A stretch of DNA of 61,742 nt, filler included, from Jimgerdemannia flammicorona (Eukaryota), in assembly GCA_003990765.1 (NCBI GenBank). It is 3 parts of 3 records of this genome, joined end to end, with 100 filler letters (N's around TTAATTAATTAA, not from the genome) between each part and the next. Parts side by side here need not be neighbours in the genome. Positions count along the whole stretch, not along the records: positions 1 to 20,516 come from RBNJ01001663.1; positions 20,617 to 41,130 come from RBNJ01001664.1; 1 more part is not named here. One strand, given 5' to 3'. Positions within the stretch are counted from its first letter, which is position 1; the number at the start of each line of letters is the position of its first letter. The translations under genes were made by a program, and so were the position numbers. Positions 11,686-22,389 of this stretch are shown piece after piece. Under the pieces are notes generated by a model. That model saw only the letters and a list, made by a program, of their open reading frames with translations. It was not told where the DNA came from and did no database searches.

Positions 11686-14465
11686 TCAGCTCTCACTAAA
11701 GGATGGTCTGTCCTCAGACTGTCCTTTAGTCATCATTCTAATATAGATAGATATCTTCTGTATCAATACCTGTTCTATCATCTTCATTATCTGTACCATG
11801 ATTGCTCTATTTCAAGAGTTCTTCTTCTTCTTCTGAGAATAGGATTTTGACAGCATTGATGATACTCAGGTAAGTGGTCAGATTTATTCTTTGTACATCA
11901 CACAGAGGAATTGTACTTGTAATAAGACTACAAGGTTATATTTATAAAGAGTATAGAGCCTGTCTGCAGCAGTAACATATCTTCTTGACAATCTTGTAGT
12001 ATTTCTGATATATATTTGTTCTGGGGCTAGGAGGTTTTGCAATCGTTCTCCAATTGTATAGTGGGTCTGAAGTTGATGGATCTGTAACAATCATCTAGTC
12101 AGAATAAGATTCTCTTGATGAATCTGAATTCACTGGAGAGTAGTTCCATTGATTTCTCAGAATTGGGACAGAGGAACTAGCAGTAATTGAAATGAGCTAA
12201 TGACAAGAGTCTGGAGGCAGTTGTCAACTCTCTGATTCATGATGTGAAGAAAGGTATATCTTGAGGCAATTGATATATACTGGTGTCTTCAGAGTTCATT
12301 TATCCATACTTCTTAAATAAATGCTAGTTTCTCTGAATATAAGATAAAGTTCTTTCCATTTGGGCTCCAATTTAGCAGTAAAGTTTGTTTTAATTATACT
12401 TCTCCAAACTAGTACTTGATCTCCAATTTTGATCTTCTGGTCCTTCTGTTTCTGGTCATAGTACTTCTTTTGTCTTTCTTGGACTTTGGTAATCTGAACT
12501 CAGGCCTAATTACATAACTGTTCTGTCTTCTTGAGAAAATCTCTGAGGTTCTTATGGTCAGCAGCTCTGGTCTTCTTGGCAAATATCATTTCAAATAGCT
12601 TTTATTTGGTGAAGGCAGCAGGGGTGTTCTGAATTTCCCATAGAATCTCAGATAAGCAAAGATCCCAGTTGATAGGATTGACTCAGGCAAGTTCTTTCTT
12701 GATGGTCTAGTTCATTCTTTCTGTCATATCATTGGTCTGAGGGTGGTATGATATAGTCTGTTTAAGGTGGATCTTATGAATTTGGGCATAGCTTATAATT
12801 ATGTTATTGATGAATTCTGTGTCTCAATCAGAGATAAGTTCTTCTGGGGGTCCATATCTAAGTGTGAGTCCATGAAAAAGACCTACAATGATTAAGACAT
12901 CTGTGATTTCCATTGGAAAAGTCTCAGGCCACTTGGTCAGATATTTCACAAATATAAGAATATACTTATTTCTTTTTGGTATAACTAGTAGGGGTCCAAT
13001 TATATCTACTCTCTATCTTTGAAAAATATTATCTGGTAGTGTGATTGATTGTAGTAGTGCTTGGTAGTTCTTCTTTCCTTGGTACTTCTGGTAGGTATCA
13101 CATTTCTTGAGTATGTCTCAGACTTGTATTCTGAGATTGGGCCAATGTTGGTATATTATTCACAACTTTTCTTCTATATTTGCTTATCCTTGGTAGGCTT
13201 TCTGATATTCCTTTTGGATGAGATCTTCTTATGCCTTGATGATCTGAGGAGCTTTCTTTAGGGTGTAGTTCCTCAGAATATCCTTTTTCTAGTTCATTGG
13301 GGCTGGTAGGAAAGTATATCAACATTGTTGTGAGCTTTCTCTACTTTGTGAATAATGGTGATTTTGTAATCTTGAAGGATAAGGATCTAGCAGGCTAGGA
13401 TTCTGGTGAGTTCCTTGCAGTTAAATAGCTATTTGAGGGCTATATGGTCTGTAATTAGAGTGAATCTTTTTCCAATGAGATAATGCTTGAACAGGATAAC
13501 TGTCCATATGACTGCAAGGCATTCTAGTTTGGTATTACCATAGTTCATCTGTGGCTAATTAGTAGCTCAGCTTGTATAAGCTATTATATAGTATTGCTGA
13601 TCAGGTTCTTCTTGGGCTAGAACTGCTTCTAGACCATCTTTAAAAGTATCTGTGTATAAGATGAATGGCTTCTATAGATTGGGACATATAAGAATTTGTG
13701 CTGTGGTCATATAGTCCTTGAGTTCTTTGAAGGCTTTCTCTTGTAATTCTGTCCATTTGTAAGGTACTCCTTTCTTGAGAAGGATTCAGATTGGAGCAGT
13801 GATTTGGGCAAAGTCTTTGATAAACCTTCTATAGTAGGATACTAGCATCAGAAATAATAGTATTTCCTTTAAGGTCTTGGATACTGGCCAATTGTTGATC
13901 TTCTCAGTTTTCTTAGATCTGTATAGATTTCTTCCTTTGAAACTATAAATCTAAGAAATTTAAGTTTCTGTTTCCCAAAATAGTATTTCTTAGCATTGAG
14001 TCTCAGGTGGTTCTTGTGGGTGAGCTTGAAGAATTCCTCCAGATAGTGTAGGTGTTCTTCAAAATTTACTGAATAGATATTGAAATTGTCTATATATACA
14101 ATAAGACAGTAGTGAATCAAGGGGGTATAGACTGAATTCATCATCCTCTGAAAGGTGGGGGGTGCATTATAAAGTCCAAAGAGTATTCAGAGGTATTCAA
14201 ATAGTTTTTCTAGAGTAAGAAAGGCTGTCTTTTGAATGTCTTTGGGGTCCATGGAGATCTCATAAAATCCTGTAAAAAGGTATATACTGCTGAAGTATCT
14301 GGTATCTTATAACTAATCCAAAAGGCCATTAATTCTGAGCAAAGGATAGGTATTCTTTTTGGTGATTATATTGAGTTTTTTATAATCTACATAGAGTCTC
14401 CATCCTTCTTTCTTTGGTACAATAAGTATAGGGCTAACCCAGGGACTGGTAGAGAATCAGATATG

Positions 14466-16105
14466 TAATATAGTTTTTTAGAGAAAGATACTAATATCAT
14501 AGTGACTAATAAGCATTCTGAGATATATACTGGGCAAGGTGGCCCTGATACATTCAACTAGTAGTATATAGGGAAGAGCCCTGGCTTGAAGAGAAGCATG
14601 AGGGGTCTGCTGGCAGGAAGATATAGTAGGGGAGAAAATAGTACTAGAGAACAGAGGACTGGGAGGGCAAGCTTCACAGATAAGGTAAAGGAGGGTCAGC
14701 AGAGAGCTGGGCTGGAGGGTTGGCTGAGGAGGGGCAAGGAGACAGTGAAGACTGTAGAATAACAGCTTCAAGGAAGAGTCCTTCTAGAGGACCAGAGTAG
14801 TAGGGCTGATAGTATAGTAACTGAGAGAGTGACTGCTGATAGGAGCATAATGAGCAATCTGAAAAAAATCTAGATGGGACTGCTGATAGTAGACTGAGCT
14901 GTGGGAAAGGCATGAGGCCTAGTGATCTGACTGATGGTGTAATAGGTCTGGTAGTGATACCATTACTCAAGAAGTCAATCTCAGAGTTCACAGTCACACT
15001 ATACTTCCAGGGCTTGATAGTGACAGTGAAAATAGTCTTAGGGCTAATTGTGAAGCAGATAGATGGAGCAGCATCAGTGAAGTTCCTGAGGGGCTTGGAA
15101 GAGATGGAGGTGGGCTTTAAGGAGACTGAGCCATTGAAAGCTATACTGAAGATAGGGTTGACTGTTGGGGAGATATGTGTTCCAATGGTAAGATGCTTGA
15201 GATGGGACCCCAGGGTGGTGTAACTTCTGATAAAAGGAGTGCCCATAATGATAGCTATAGAGATGAGGAGAATAGTAGAGGAAGTTATAGTAGAGTATAA
15301 AAAGGTAGTTGATATTGACTTTTAAGTCTGAGAAGAGATCTTATTTAGGATAGAGGATGTTAATGTTCAGCTTTGGCTGGCAGAGAGGAAGGCTACTGGA
15401 AAGACTCATGATTGGCCATTGATGATGATATGAAGGCCTTCATGTACAAGGTGATGAGGGTGAAGGAGAGTGAGGAGGAGGAGGAGAATTTATTAGAGGT
15501 ATTAAAGGAGATAAGTAGAGTAGTAAAGCAAAGGACAAAGACTTGGAAGGAGTATGTAGAGTTGAGACATTTGGAGATTATGGATGAGAAGTATGTCCAT
15601 ATGGATAAGAGACTGTAGGAGAGGTCTCAAGAGTACAAGAGGCAGAGAGAGTTGTTGGTGAGTCTGGAAGAAATGGTGAAGAAGGATGCTAGTGGTATTG
15701 AGGAGTCTGGGGGTGTAAAAGCAAGTGCCTGGACAAGTAAGTGAGGAGAGGAGATGACAAAGGGTCTGGATGAGGCTGGGAAGGTATTGAGCAATGACTC
15801 ATATACAGATGGTATATTCGAAGTTTGAGAGGACACCCCCCTCTTGTCAGGCAGGATCTAGCTATAAGGAGCTAAGTAGCAGAAGATGTACCAATGTGTA
15901 GTGCTCAGTGAGTACACTTTAGAGTCCCAGAGGTGGCAAAAGGGGGATAGGTAGTGGCTATTAGTGAGGATGAACTGGTGGATGTCCTGGAGGAGGAGTG
16001 AGATGAGACTGTAAGTACAGGGGCAGATATCTTGATACTGAATACAGAAAGGCCAGCAACTTCTGAGAGAAAGGAGGTGGGGAATCTACTCTGAATATAC
16101 TAGAT
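14466..16105 (+). mobile_element. LINE family A ORF1 region, inserted in the gypsy RT and itself interrupted by an LTR
   Basis: ORF1 peptide DLTDGVIGLVVIPLLKKSISEFTVTLYF...RCLRWDPRVV. Confidence 0.85.
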
Positions 16106-18744
16106 TGTAATACTTTAGCATAGTTTATTTCTTTTCTCTGTCTTTCTTGAATATTCTATAACCTTCCAGCACTTTCTGCATACTTAGAAATCCCCTTCTT
16201 GGTGCCGAGCATTAACTAGTACTTATTTAGCTAGTCATGGAATATCCTGGAAACTTGTAGAACTTTATTTGTCATCATTTGTCATCTTTGCCAAGAACTT
16301 TTCTCTTGGCATTTCCCTTTGATTTCTCAGATCCTTCTGGATCCTTCTTTCAGATCTTATATAAATATTCTCTTTGTCAGCTCCTTTCTCCGCTACCTTA
16401 CTGGTCACAATATTTGGTAGGTGACCTTCCGAGTCCCCTTTCCCTTAATATTATCCCCTCTACCTCGAGTTGGTTTGCTGTGCCTACGGGGCATGGTGGG
16501 AGGAGGGCAATGGTGATGAGTTGCCCCTTTATTGGTATTGGATCGGTGCTTCCTCCACTTTTTTGCGGATTCTGGTACCTTCAGCTGTATCTGGGGTATA
16601 CCCATTTTGGTGCGGCACCTTCTTCCTTTTACTGTCACCAACAAGGAGTTGTCTCAGTGTGTCTTGGGCTATGTAGGGAGTCAGCCGACCTTGGGTGTCA
16701 AGTGCTCAGTATAGGTTACCTGCAGGTCCTCAGTGCCTGTGGTGGGGCCCTCTGGCTTTGGTGAGCTTCCCGGCAAGTGTGGTTCTGGCATAGGTGACTG
16801 TTTTTCAGGTGATGTCAGGATGGGAGGGGAGATGGCTATCACAGATAGAAGGAAGGGCGATTACGGTGAACCAGTAGGGTGTCAGGCTGGGGGCGGTCAT
16901 TGGGGCTGGGGCGGGTGCTGCTTCGGTGGGGCCTTTTGATTGGTGCGGTGCAGTTAGGTGGTAGGTATCACTCTCGGCTTCTTTTGGCGATTTGTGGGGT
17001 AGGGCCCCAGTTGCCAGGGGAGGTCAGGGGGCCCAAGGCTACCCATTTCAGGCATCTTGGCTACACTCAACTGGAACTGAGAGCTGACATAGCAATATAA
17101 TCAAGGCCCACAAGCTTGAGTAGTGGGGTATTGAGGGTCTCCTCCTGCCTCATATATAAGTCCTCTACTTACTTTGACTGGGAGAACCAGGCCCTGCCCA
17201 CCGTATTGTGCTTTGATGAGGGTTTTTTCTTTGCCTGTCATTCTCTTTGGGGTGGCAGGGGCTATTCTATTCAGCTCAGGCATGGCCTTGTACATACATT
17301 GGGTTCTCGGGCATACACTTTTGGTCATTGGCATATGGCTGGGTTTCTCCTGGTGGTAGGGAGAGTATGGTGCACAGAATGAGGTGTAGACTACTTTGCC
17401 CTGCTGCACCTGGTATGGTCAAGCTGCTGGACAATAGCTAGCCTAGGTTAATGGGGGGGCAGTGCTTAGTGGGTAGTGGGGGAGGGTTTTGGCCTATATA
17501 GTCTAGGTTCCCTTTGAATAAAAATTTGTAGGACATAGAGTCCATTAAACAAAAAAAAAAAAATATATTCTCTTTATTCTTATAAATAAAGTCTCAGAAT
17601 ATTTTCTCCTAGAAATCCTTCAAGAATACTTGAATCTTTAAGTATCTCTTCAAGTTACTTAGAATCACCAGAACTAGTCGCTTCCTCATTTAGAAACTAG
17701 AACCATTATACTTGGTAGTAGCAGTTAAGTTACATCTAGCCTTATTAAGACACCTCTCAAGATATCAGTCACAACACTATGGAGGACAACAGGTGGAACC
17801 CTTCATACAGTACCTATGGTCCAGGCAATGCCTTATACAATCAGCAAGAAGAAGAGGAACAGCAAAACCCTACCCAGTCAAATGGGGCCATTGAGAGTCT
17901 TTTGCAGACTACATTAGCTCAGATTGCTCAACTTCAAGAACATATAGAAAGAAAGGAAAGCAAGGCCTCTGCTCATACCTCCACACCTCCACCAATATCA
18001 ATATATCTAACAGTAGTCACTATCAAGCCTCAGAAGCCTGATACCTTTGATGGTCAAAGAGGAGGACTGTCTACTGATATCTGGCTTTTCCAATTGGAGC
18101 AATATGGAGAACTGACCAATTTGGAAGAAGCAACACTAGTCCAATTTGCTGCCACACTCCTCCAAGGAAATACTGCAATCTGGTGGCAAAATCATGTCCA
18201 GAATACCAGATTCTCTGGCTGAATTAAGATCTGGAGTGAATTCTCTGATGCTATTCAAGACCAATTCAAACCAGTCAACAGCACCAAGGCTGTATGAGAT
18301 TGTCTGACAAATGTCAAACAACTCAAGTCTGTGTAAGTATATAATACACAATTCCTATCAATCCTATTAGAATTACCACATGTCACTGAAGATGAGAAGG
18401 TTGACAAGTACATCTGAGGCCTGAAAGGTCAAACCTGAGTTTATGTCAAACTAGAAGAACCTAAGGACCTAGATACAGTAATGAAAATTGCTAATAGGTT
18501 TGATGTCATCATCTATGGTCACCACTTTGAATAGAAGAGACTGTCTTTCAACAACAACAACAACCTTAGAAGAGAGGAACCCAAAGTCAGAACTGTTGGA
18601 CCTACCCCCATGGACCTAGACACTATCAATAAGAACAAGAAAGACAAGCTTATATCTGAGGAAAAGGAGTGTCTTAAGAAGGCTGGAGCCTGCTTCTTTT
18701 GTCATCAGCCTGATTACATTGCAATGAAATGTCCCAACATATAC
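16106..18744 (+). mobile_element. Ty3/gypsy 5' LTR (16106-17710), PBS and gag pseudogene (17779-~18740)
   Basis: TGTAAT...CATTATA termini; PBS TGGTAG at 17713; gag KPDTFDG..WLFQ..LQGNTAIWW; zinc knuckle CFFCHQPDYIAMKC. Confidence 0.85.
16376..17563 (+). mobile_element. ~1.18-kb non-autonomous LINE-mobilised element (SINE-like), copy 2
   Basis: Same 5' start (ctcctttctccgcta) and 3' end (aataaa..gagtc(c/t)attaaac(A)n) as copy 1; 11-bp TSD atattctcttt at 16365-16375 and 17565-17575. Confidence 0.9.
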
Positions 18745-20516
18745 ATCTTTCTCCGGTAACATTCAGGTTACATAACCCTTTGGCAATACTTTCGACACAG
18801 TTTCTGGAGAAAAGCTACTAGTATCATGGTGACCAACGAGCATCCGGAGGTATGTACCAGGCAGGGTGGCCCTGGAGCATTTGAATGGCAGCAAGTAGAG
18901 AGAGGCCCTGGCTTGGGGGGAAGTATGAGGGGCCTGCTGGCAGGGGGTCATGGTGGAGGAGAGAGCGGAGCTGGAGGTCAAGGGTCTGGTAGGGTGAGCT
19001 TTGCAGAAAAGGTGAAGGGGGGTCAGCAGGGAGCTGGACTGGAGAGCTGGCTGAGAGGGGGAAAGGTACCGGTGGTGGCTTCCAGGCAGTAACCTCTTGG
19101 TGGTACCTCTCTAGCGGGCCATAGGAGTGGAGCTGGGGGGGTAGTGGCTGGGGTGGGGACTGCTGATGGGGGTGTGATGGGTGATCTGGAAAAAAATCTA
19201 GATGGGACTGCTGATAGTGAGCTGAGTGGTGGGAAGGGCATGAGGCCCGGGGACCTGGCAGATGGTGTAATGGGACTGGCAGTGGCTCCATTACTCAAGA
19301 AGTCAATCTTGGTGTTTGCAGTCACGCTGTGCTTCTGGGGCTTAGCAGTGATGACAAAAATAGTATTGGGGCTTATTGTTAAGCAGGTGGTGGGAGCGGC
19401 TTCAGTGAAGTTTCTGAAGAGACTGGAGGGGGTGGAGGTGGGATTTGAGGAGGTTGAACCACTAGAGGAGGTGCTGAAGGTTGGGTTGGTGGTTGGGGAG
19501 GTGTGTGTTCTGATGGCGAGGTGTCTGAAATAGGATCTGAGGGTGGTCCAACTGCTAGTGAAAGGGGTACCCACAGTGACAGGTGATGGAGACAAGGAAG
19601 AGAGTGGAGGATGTCATGGTGGAGTACAGAGAGGTGGTGGATATCAGATTCAGGGTCTGGGAAGAGACTATACTCAGGACTGGGGATGTGGATGTGAGGA
19701 TTCGGCTGGCTGGAAAAGAGGCTACCAGGAAGACAAGGGACTGGCCTTTGGTGTTGGTCTGGGGAGCTTTCCTGTGCAAGGTGACGTGAGTGAAAGGAAG
19801 TGAAGAAGAGGAGGAAGATTTATTGAAAGCACTGGAGGAGCTGGATGGGGCTGTGGAATGGCGAGCTAAGGCCTGGAAGACTTTCAAGGAGTTGACACTC
19901 CTGGAGGTGGTGGATGGAAAGAGGATTCGAGTGGACAAGGTGCAGTGGGAAAGGGCTCAGGGGCGGAAGAGGCAGAAGGATCTGCTGGCTAAGCTGGGAG
20001 GTGGACCACAGAAGGATGCAAGCATGAAGATGGGTGCAGAAGGGGCCGGAGTGAGTGTCTGGGCTAGTGAGAGGAGTGGGAATGATGGGGCAAAGTCAGG
20101 GAAGGCTAAGGAGGCAAAGATTAGCGACCTATATGCTGATGGCACCTTGGAGGTTTGGGATGAAGTCTGGGAGAATTCCCCCACCCCTTCCCCTCTTATC
20201 AGGCATGGCCCGGCTTCCAGGAACAAGTCTGGGGAGGACATGACGATGCTGGGGACCCAGCAGGTGAAATTTAGTGTTCCAGAGGTATTGGATGGGGACT
20301 GAGTAGTGGCAGCAGGGGAGGAGGAACTGGTGGATGTCCCGGAGGTGTGGGATGAGGACGCGAGTACAGAAGCTGACACCACGATGCTGGATGGAGGGAG
20401 GCCAGCGACCCCTGGTGGAAAGGAGGTGGGGAACCTACTTTGGATGTGCCGGATGATGAATAACCTGGCGGCAGAAGAGCTGGGGGAGGTGGACTTGCAT
20501 GGGATGGGTGACGAGC
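18745..20516 (+). mobile_element. LINE family A 5' UTR and ORF1, cut by the contig end
   Basis: Starts atctttctcc; ORF1 from ATG 18826, with stops and a frameshift. Confidence 0.9.
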
Positions 20517-20616
20517 NNNNNNNNNNNNNNNNNNNNNNNNNNNNNNNNNNNNNNNNNNNNTTAATTAATTAANNNNNNNNNNNNNNNNNNNNNNNNNNNN
20601 NNNNNNNNNNNNNNNN
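20517..20616. other. Artificial contig linker
   Basis: N44-TTAATTAATTAA-N44, stops in all six frames. Confidence 0.97.
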
Positions 20617-21013
20617 AAAAAAAAGATAATAGTTGGCTCACTATAGGGTAGGTTTTAGTAGTATGAGTAGGGCTGACTGGACATTAGCTCTTTGTTTTTG
20701 AGAAGGGGTACTAGATAAGTATATAGAAGAAGTTATTATGATGGGAGGGGTTGATGGGTAATTTGCTGACTGGGTAATAGACTGATTGAGATCCCCAGAG
20801 TGGGTGACATCACCATCTGATAGAAAGAATTTGTAAACAGAGTAATAGATAAGTAGAGATAATATTTGATAGAGTGGTCTTTCATTAAGAGAGGGGGGGA
20901 GGGGGCCCTAGGGGGATTAGATAGAAGTGGGCTCTGTATATTATATAGAAGATAGATGAGTATATTAGTAATAAAGTTGGAGTCCAAGAGACTATAAAAA
21001 AAAAAAAAAAAAA
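20617..21013 (+). mobile_element. LINE 3' end with poly(A)
   Basis: Decayed ORF2 C-terminus followed by aataaa..gagtccaagagactat(A)n. Confidence 0.85.
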
Positions 21014-21244
21014 ACTCTTGAGAAGGCCTAGACTAGGTCTTCTCTTTTCAAATACTCTGAGCCTATTAAACTTTAGCTTACTATCTCATCAAAACTTATT
21101 AGATCTTAATAAAACTTATTATATATAATTACTGGACTCTGCTTTATCTTATAGATAAAGTAAAAACTTGAAAATATATTACTTTTTACTAAAAGATACT
21201 TGTATAGCTTAGTCTACTTTATATAGTTTGAATAAAAGAAGTCT
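21014..21244 (-). mobile_element. Decayed 5' fragment of LINE family B
   Basis: Aligns by eye with 31720-31964 (aaaaacttgaaaat...aaaagaagtc). Confidence 0.75.
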
Positions 21245-22035
21245 GACTGATCTCTATTTTATCTGAACATTGTCTAAATAAAATACTAGTTACAGAAGTT
21301 ATTTATTCTGACTTTTGTCAAAATATAAGTTATAAAGTTATATTTAATAAAAATGTAAGTTATTATATAGGGCATGCTGCAACAAAACCAGATAAAGTGA
21401 ACTTATAATATCAGACAATTTCTTCAATTTCAGCTCTATTTTCAAAATAAACAATTTTCACTCAATTTCTTATTAATGTCTTTCCTAAGTCTTCAATATA
21501 AAGAGTTGGCCATACTTTTTTATTTGATCCTCCAAAGTTTTATTGCTAGTCAGTATATATAGTTGCTGATGAATAATGAGACAATCTCTTAATATTACAA
21601 CATTCAACTTATTTTTATTGAGAAATTCTTAACTTCTTTAGTACAAGTTATATATATGCCTAGTTTCATTGACACTAATGCCCTAATCAAATCGTTACAG
21701 CATCACTTTCATTTCTATCTAACAAGAACCACCATCATCTTTTCTATCCACCTAATCATCAACTTCTTCACATATGACTAACACATCCTGACAAAATCTT
21801 CAGATGATTCTAGTACAAAAGACAAACTATGTTAACATAATGTATAATTACCAAATGACATAGTCAAAATATGTACTTAGCGCACCACTAGTTGCATAAG
21901 TTTCTGCTTATGGATAAAAGTGCAGGCCTTAAGTAGGCAGTTAATTGATCAGAGATGTCATGGCGTCTAGCCTAAAAGTTATACTCAACATTAGACAGTA
22001 GGGAAAGCCAAGAAAGAAGTCTAATTTGGTACTAT

Positions 22036-22284
22036 CCACCACTCCGCCGTCTAAATGACAGGCGCGGGCATGGTGGCCTACCTTTGCGCACAGGGAAGTT
22101 CACCGTCTAAATGACAGGCGTGAAGTCTTCCCGCACGCACCTCCGCCGAACTGATCAACTAAATGTCAAATCAGCCGGCAGGCGACTGTGATGAGGAGGT
22201 CACCGTCTAAATGACAGGCATGATGGTCTCCCTTCACACTTCCATCAACAGCCGCCGTCTAAATGACAGGCGCGGACGTGTGGG
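22036..22284 (+). repeat. Periodic array of five hairpins with core CCGTCTAAATGACAGGC and unique self-complementary arms; possible structured RNA or regulatory element
   Basis: Exact 17-mer at 22047, 22103, 22203 and 22255; degenerate unit ctgat..acTAAATgt..atcag around 22160; TAAAT loops spaced 56, 52, 48 and 52 nt. Confidence 0.9.
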
Positions 22285-22389
22285 CAAAGAGATGTGTTTA
22301 CACTAAGAAAAAAAAATTCAGACAAACAGTCATGTGAACGTGATCTCGTCGCGTAAAACACGAAATTTCTCGCTTCAACCACTTCAACC

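Larger units (their letters stand above)
10105..14465 (-). mobile_element. Ty3/gypsy element, 3' part (RT, RNase H, integrase, 3' LTR)
   Basis: Minus-strand VYIDNFNIYS (decayed YxDD), LECLAVIW, ITDHIAL and integrase AYHPQTN-like motifs; polypurine-tract-like sequence next to the LTR at 11686-11700. Confidence 0.9.

Noticed and set aside
20517..20616. TTAATTAATTAA palindrome in N runs (also 41131-41230)
   Set aside because: Assembly linker; adjacency across it is not biological evidence
22047..22272. CRISPR array
   Set aside because: The repeat is only 17-18 nt, the 'spacers' are the paired hairpin arms, no cas genes are present and the context is an intron-containing eukaryotic locus
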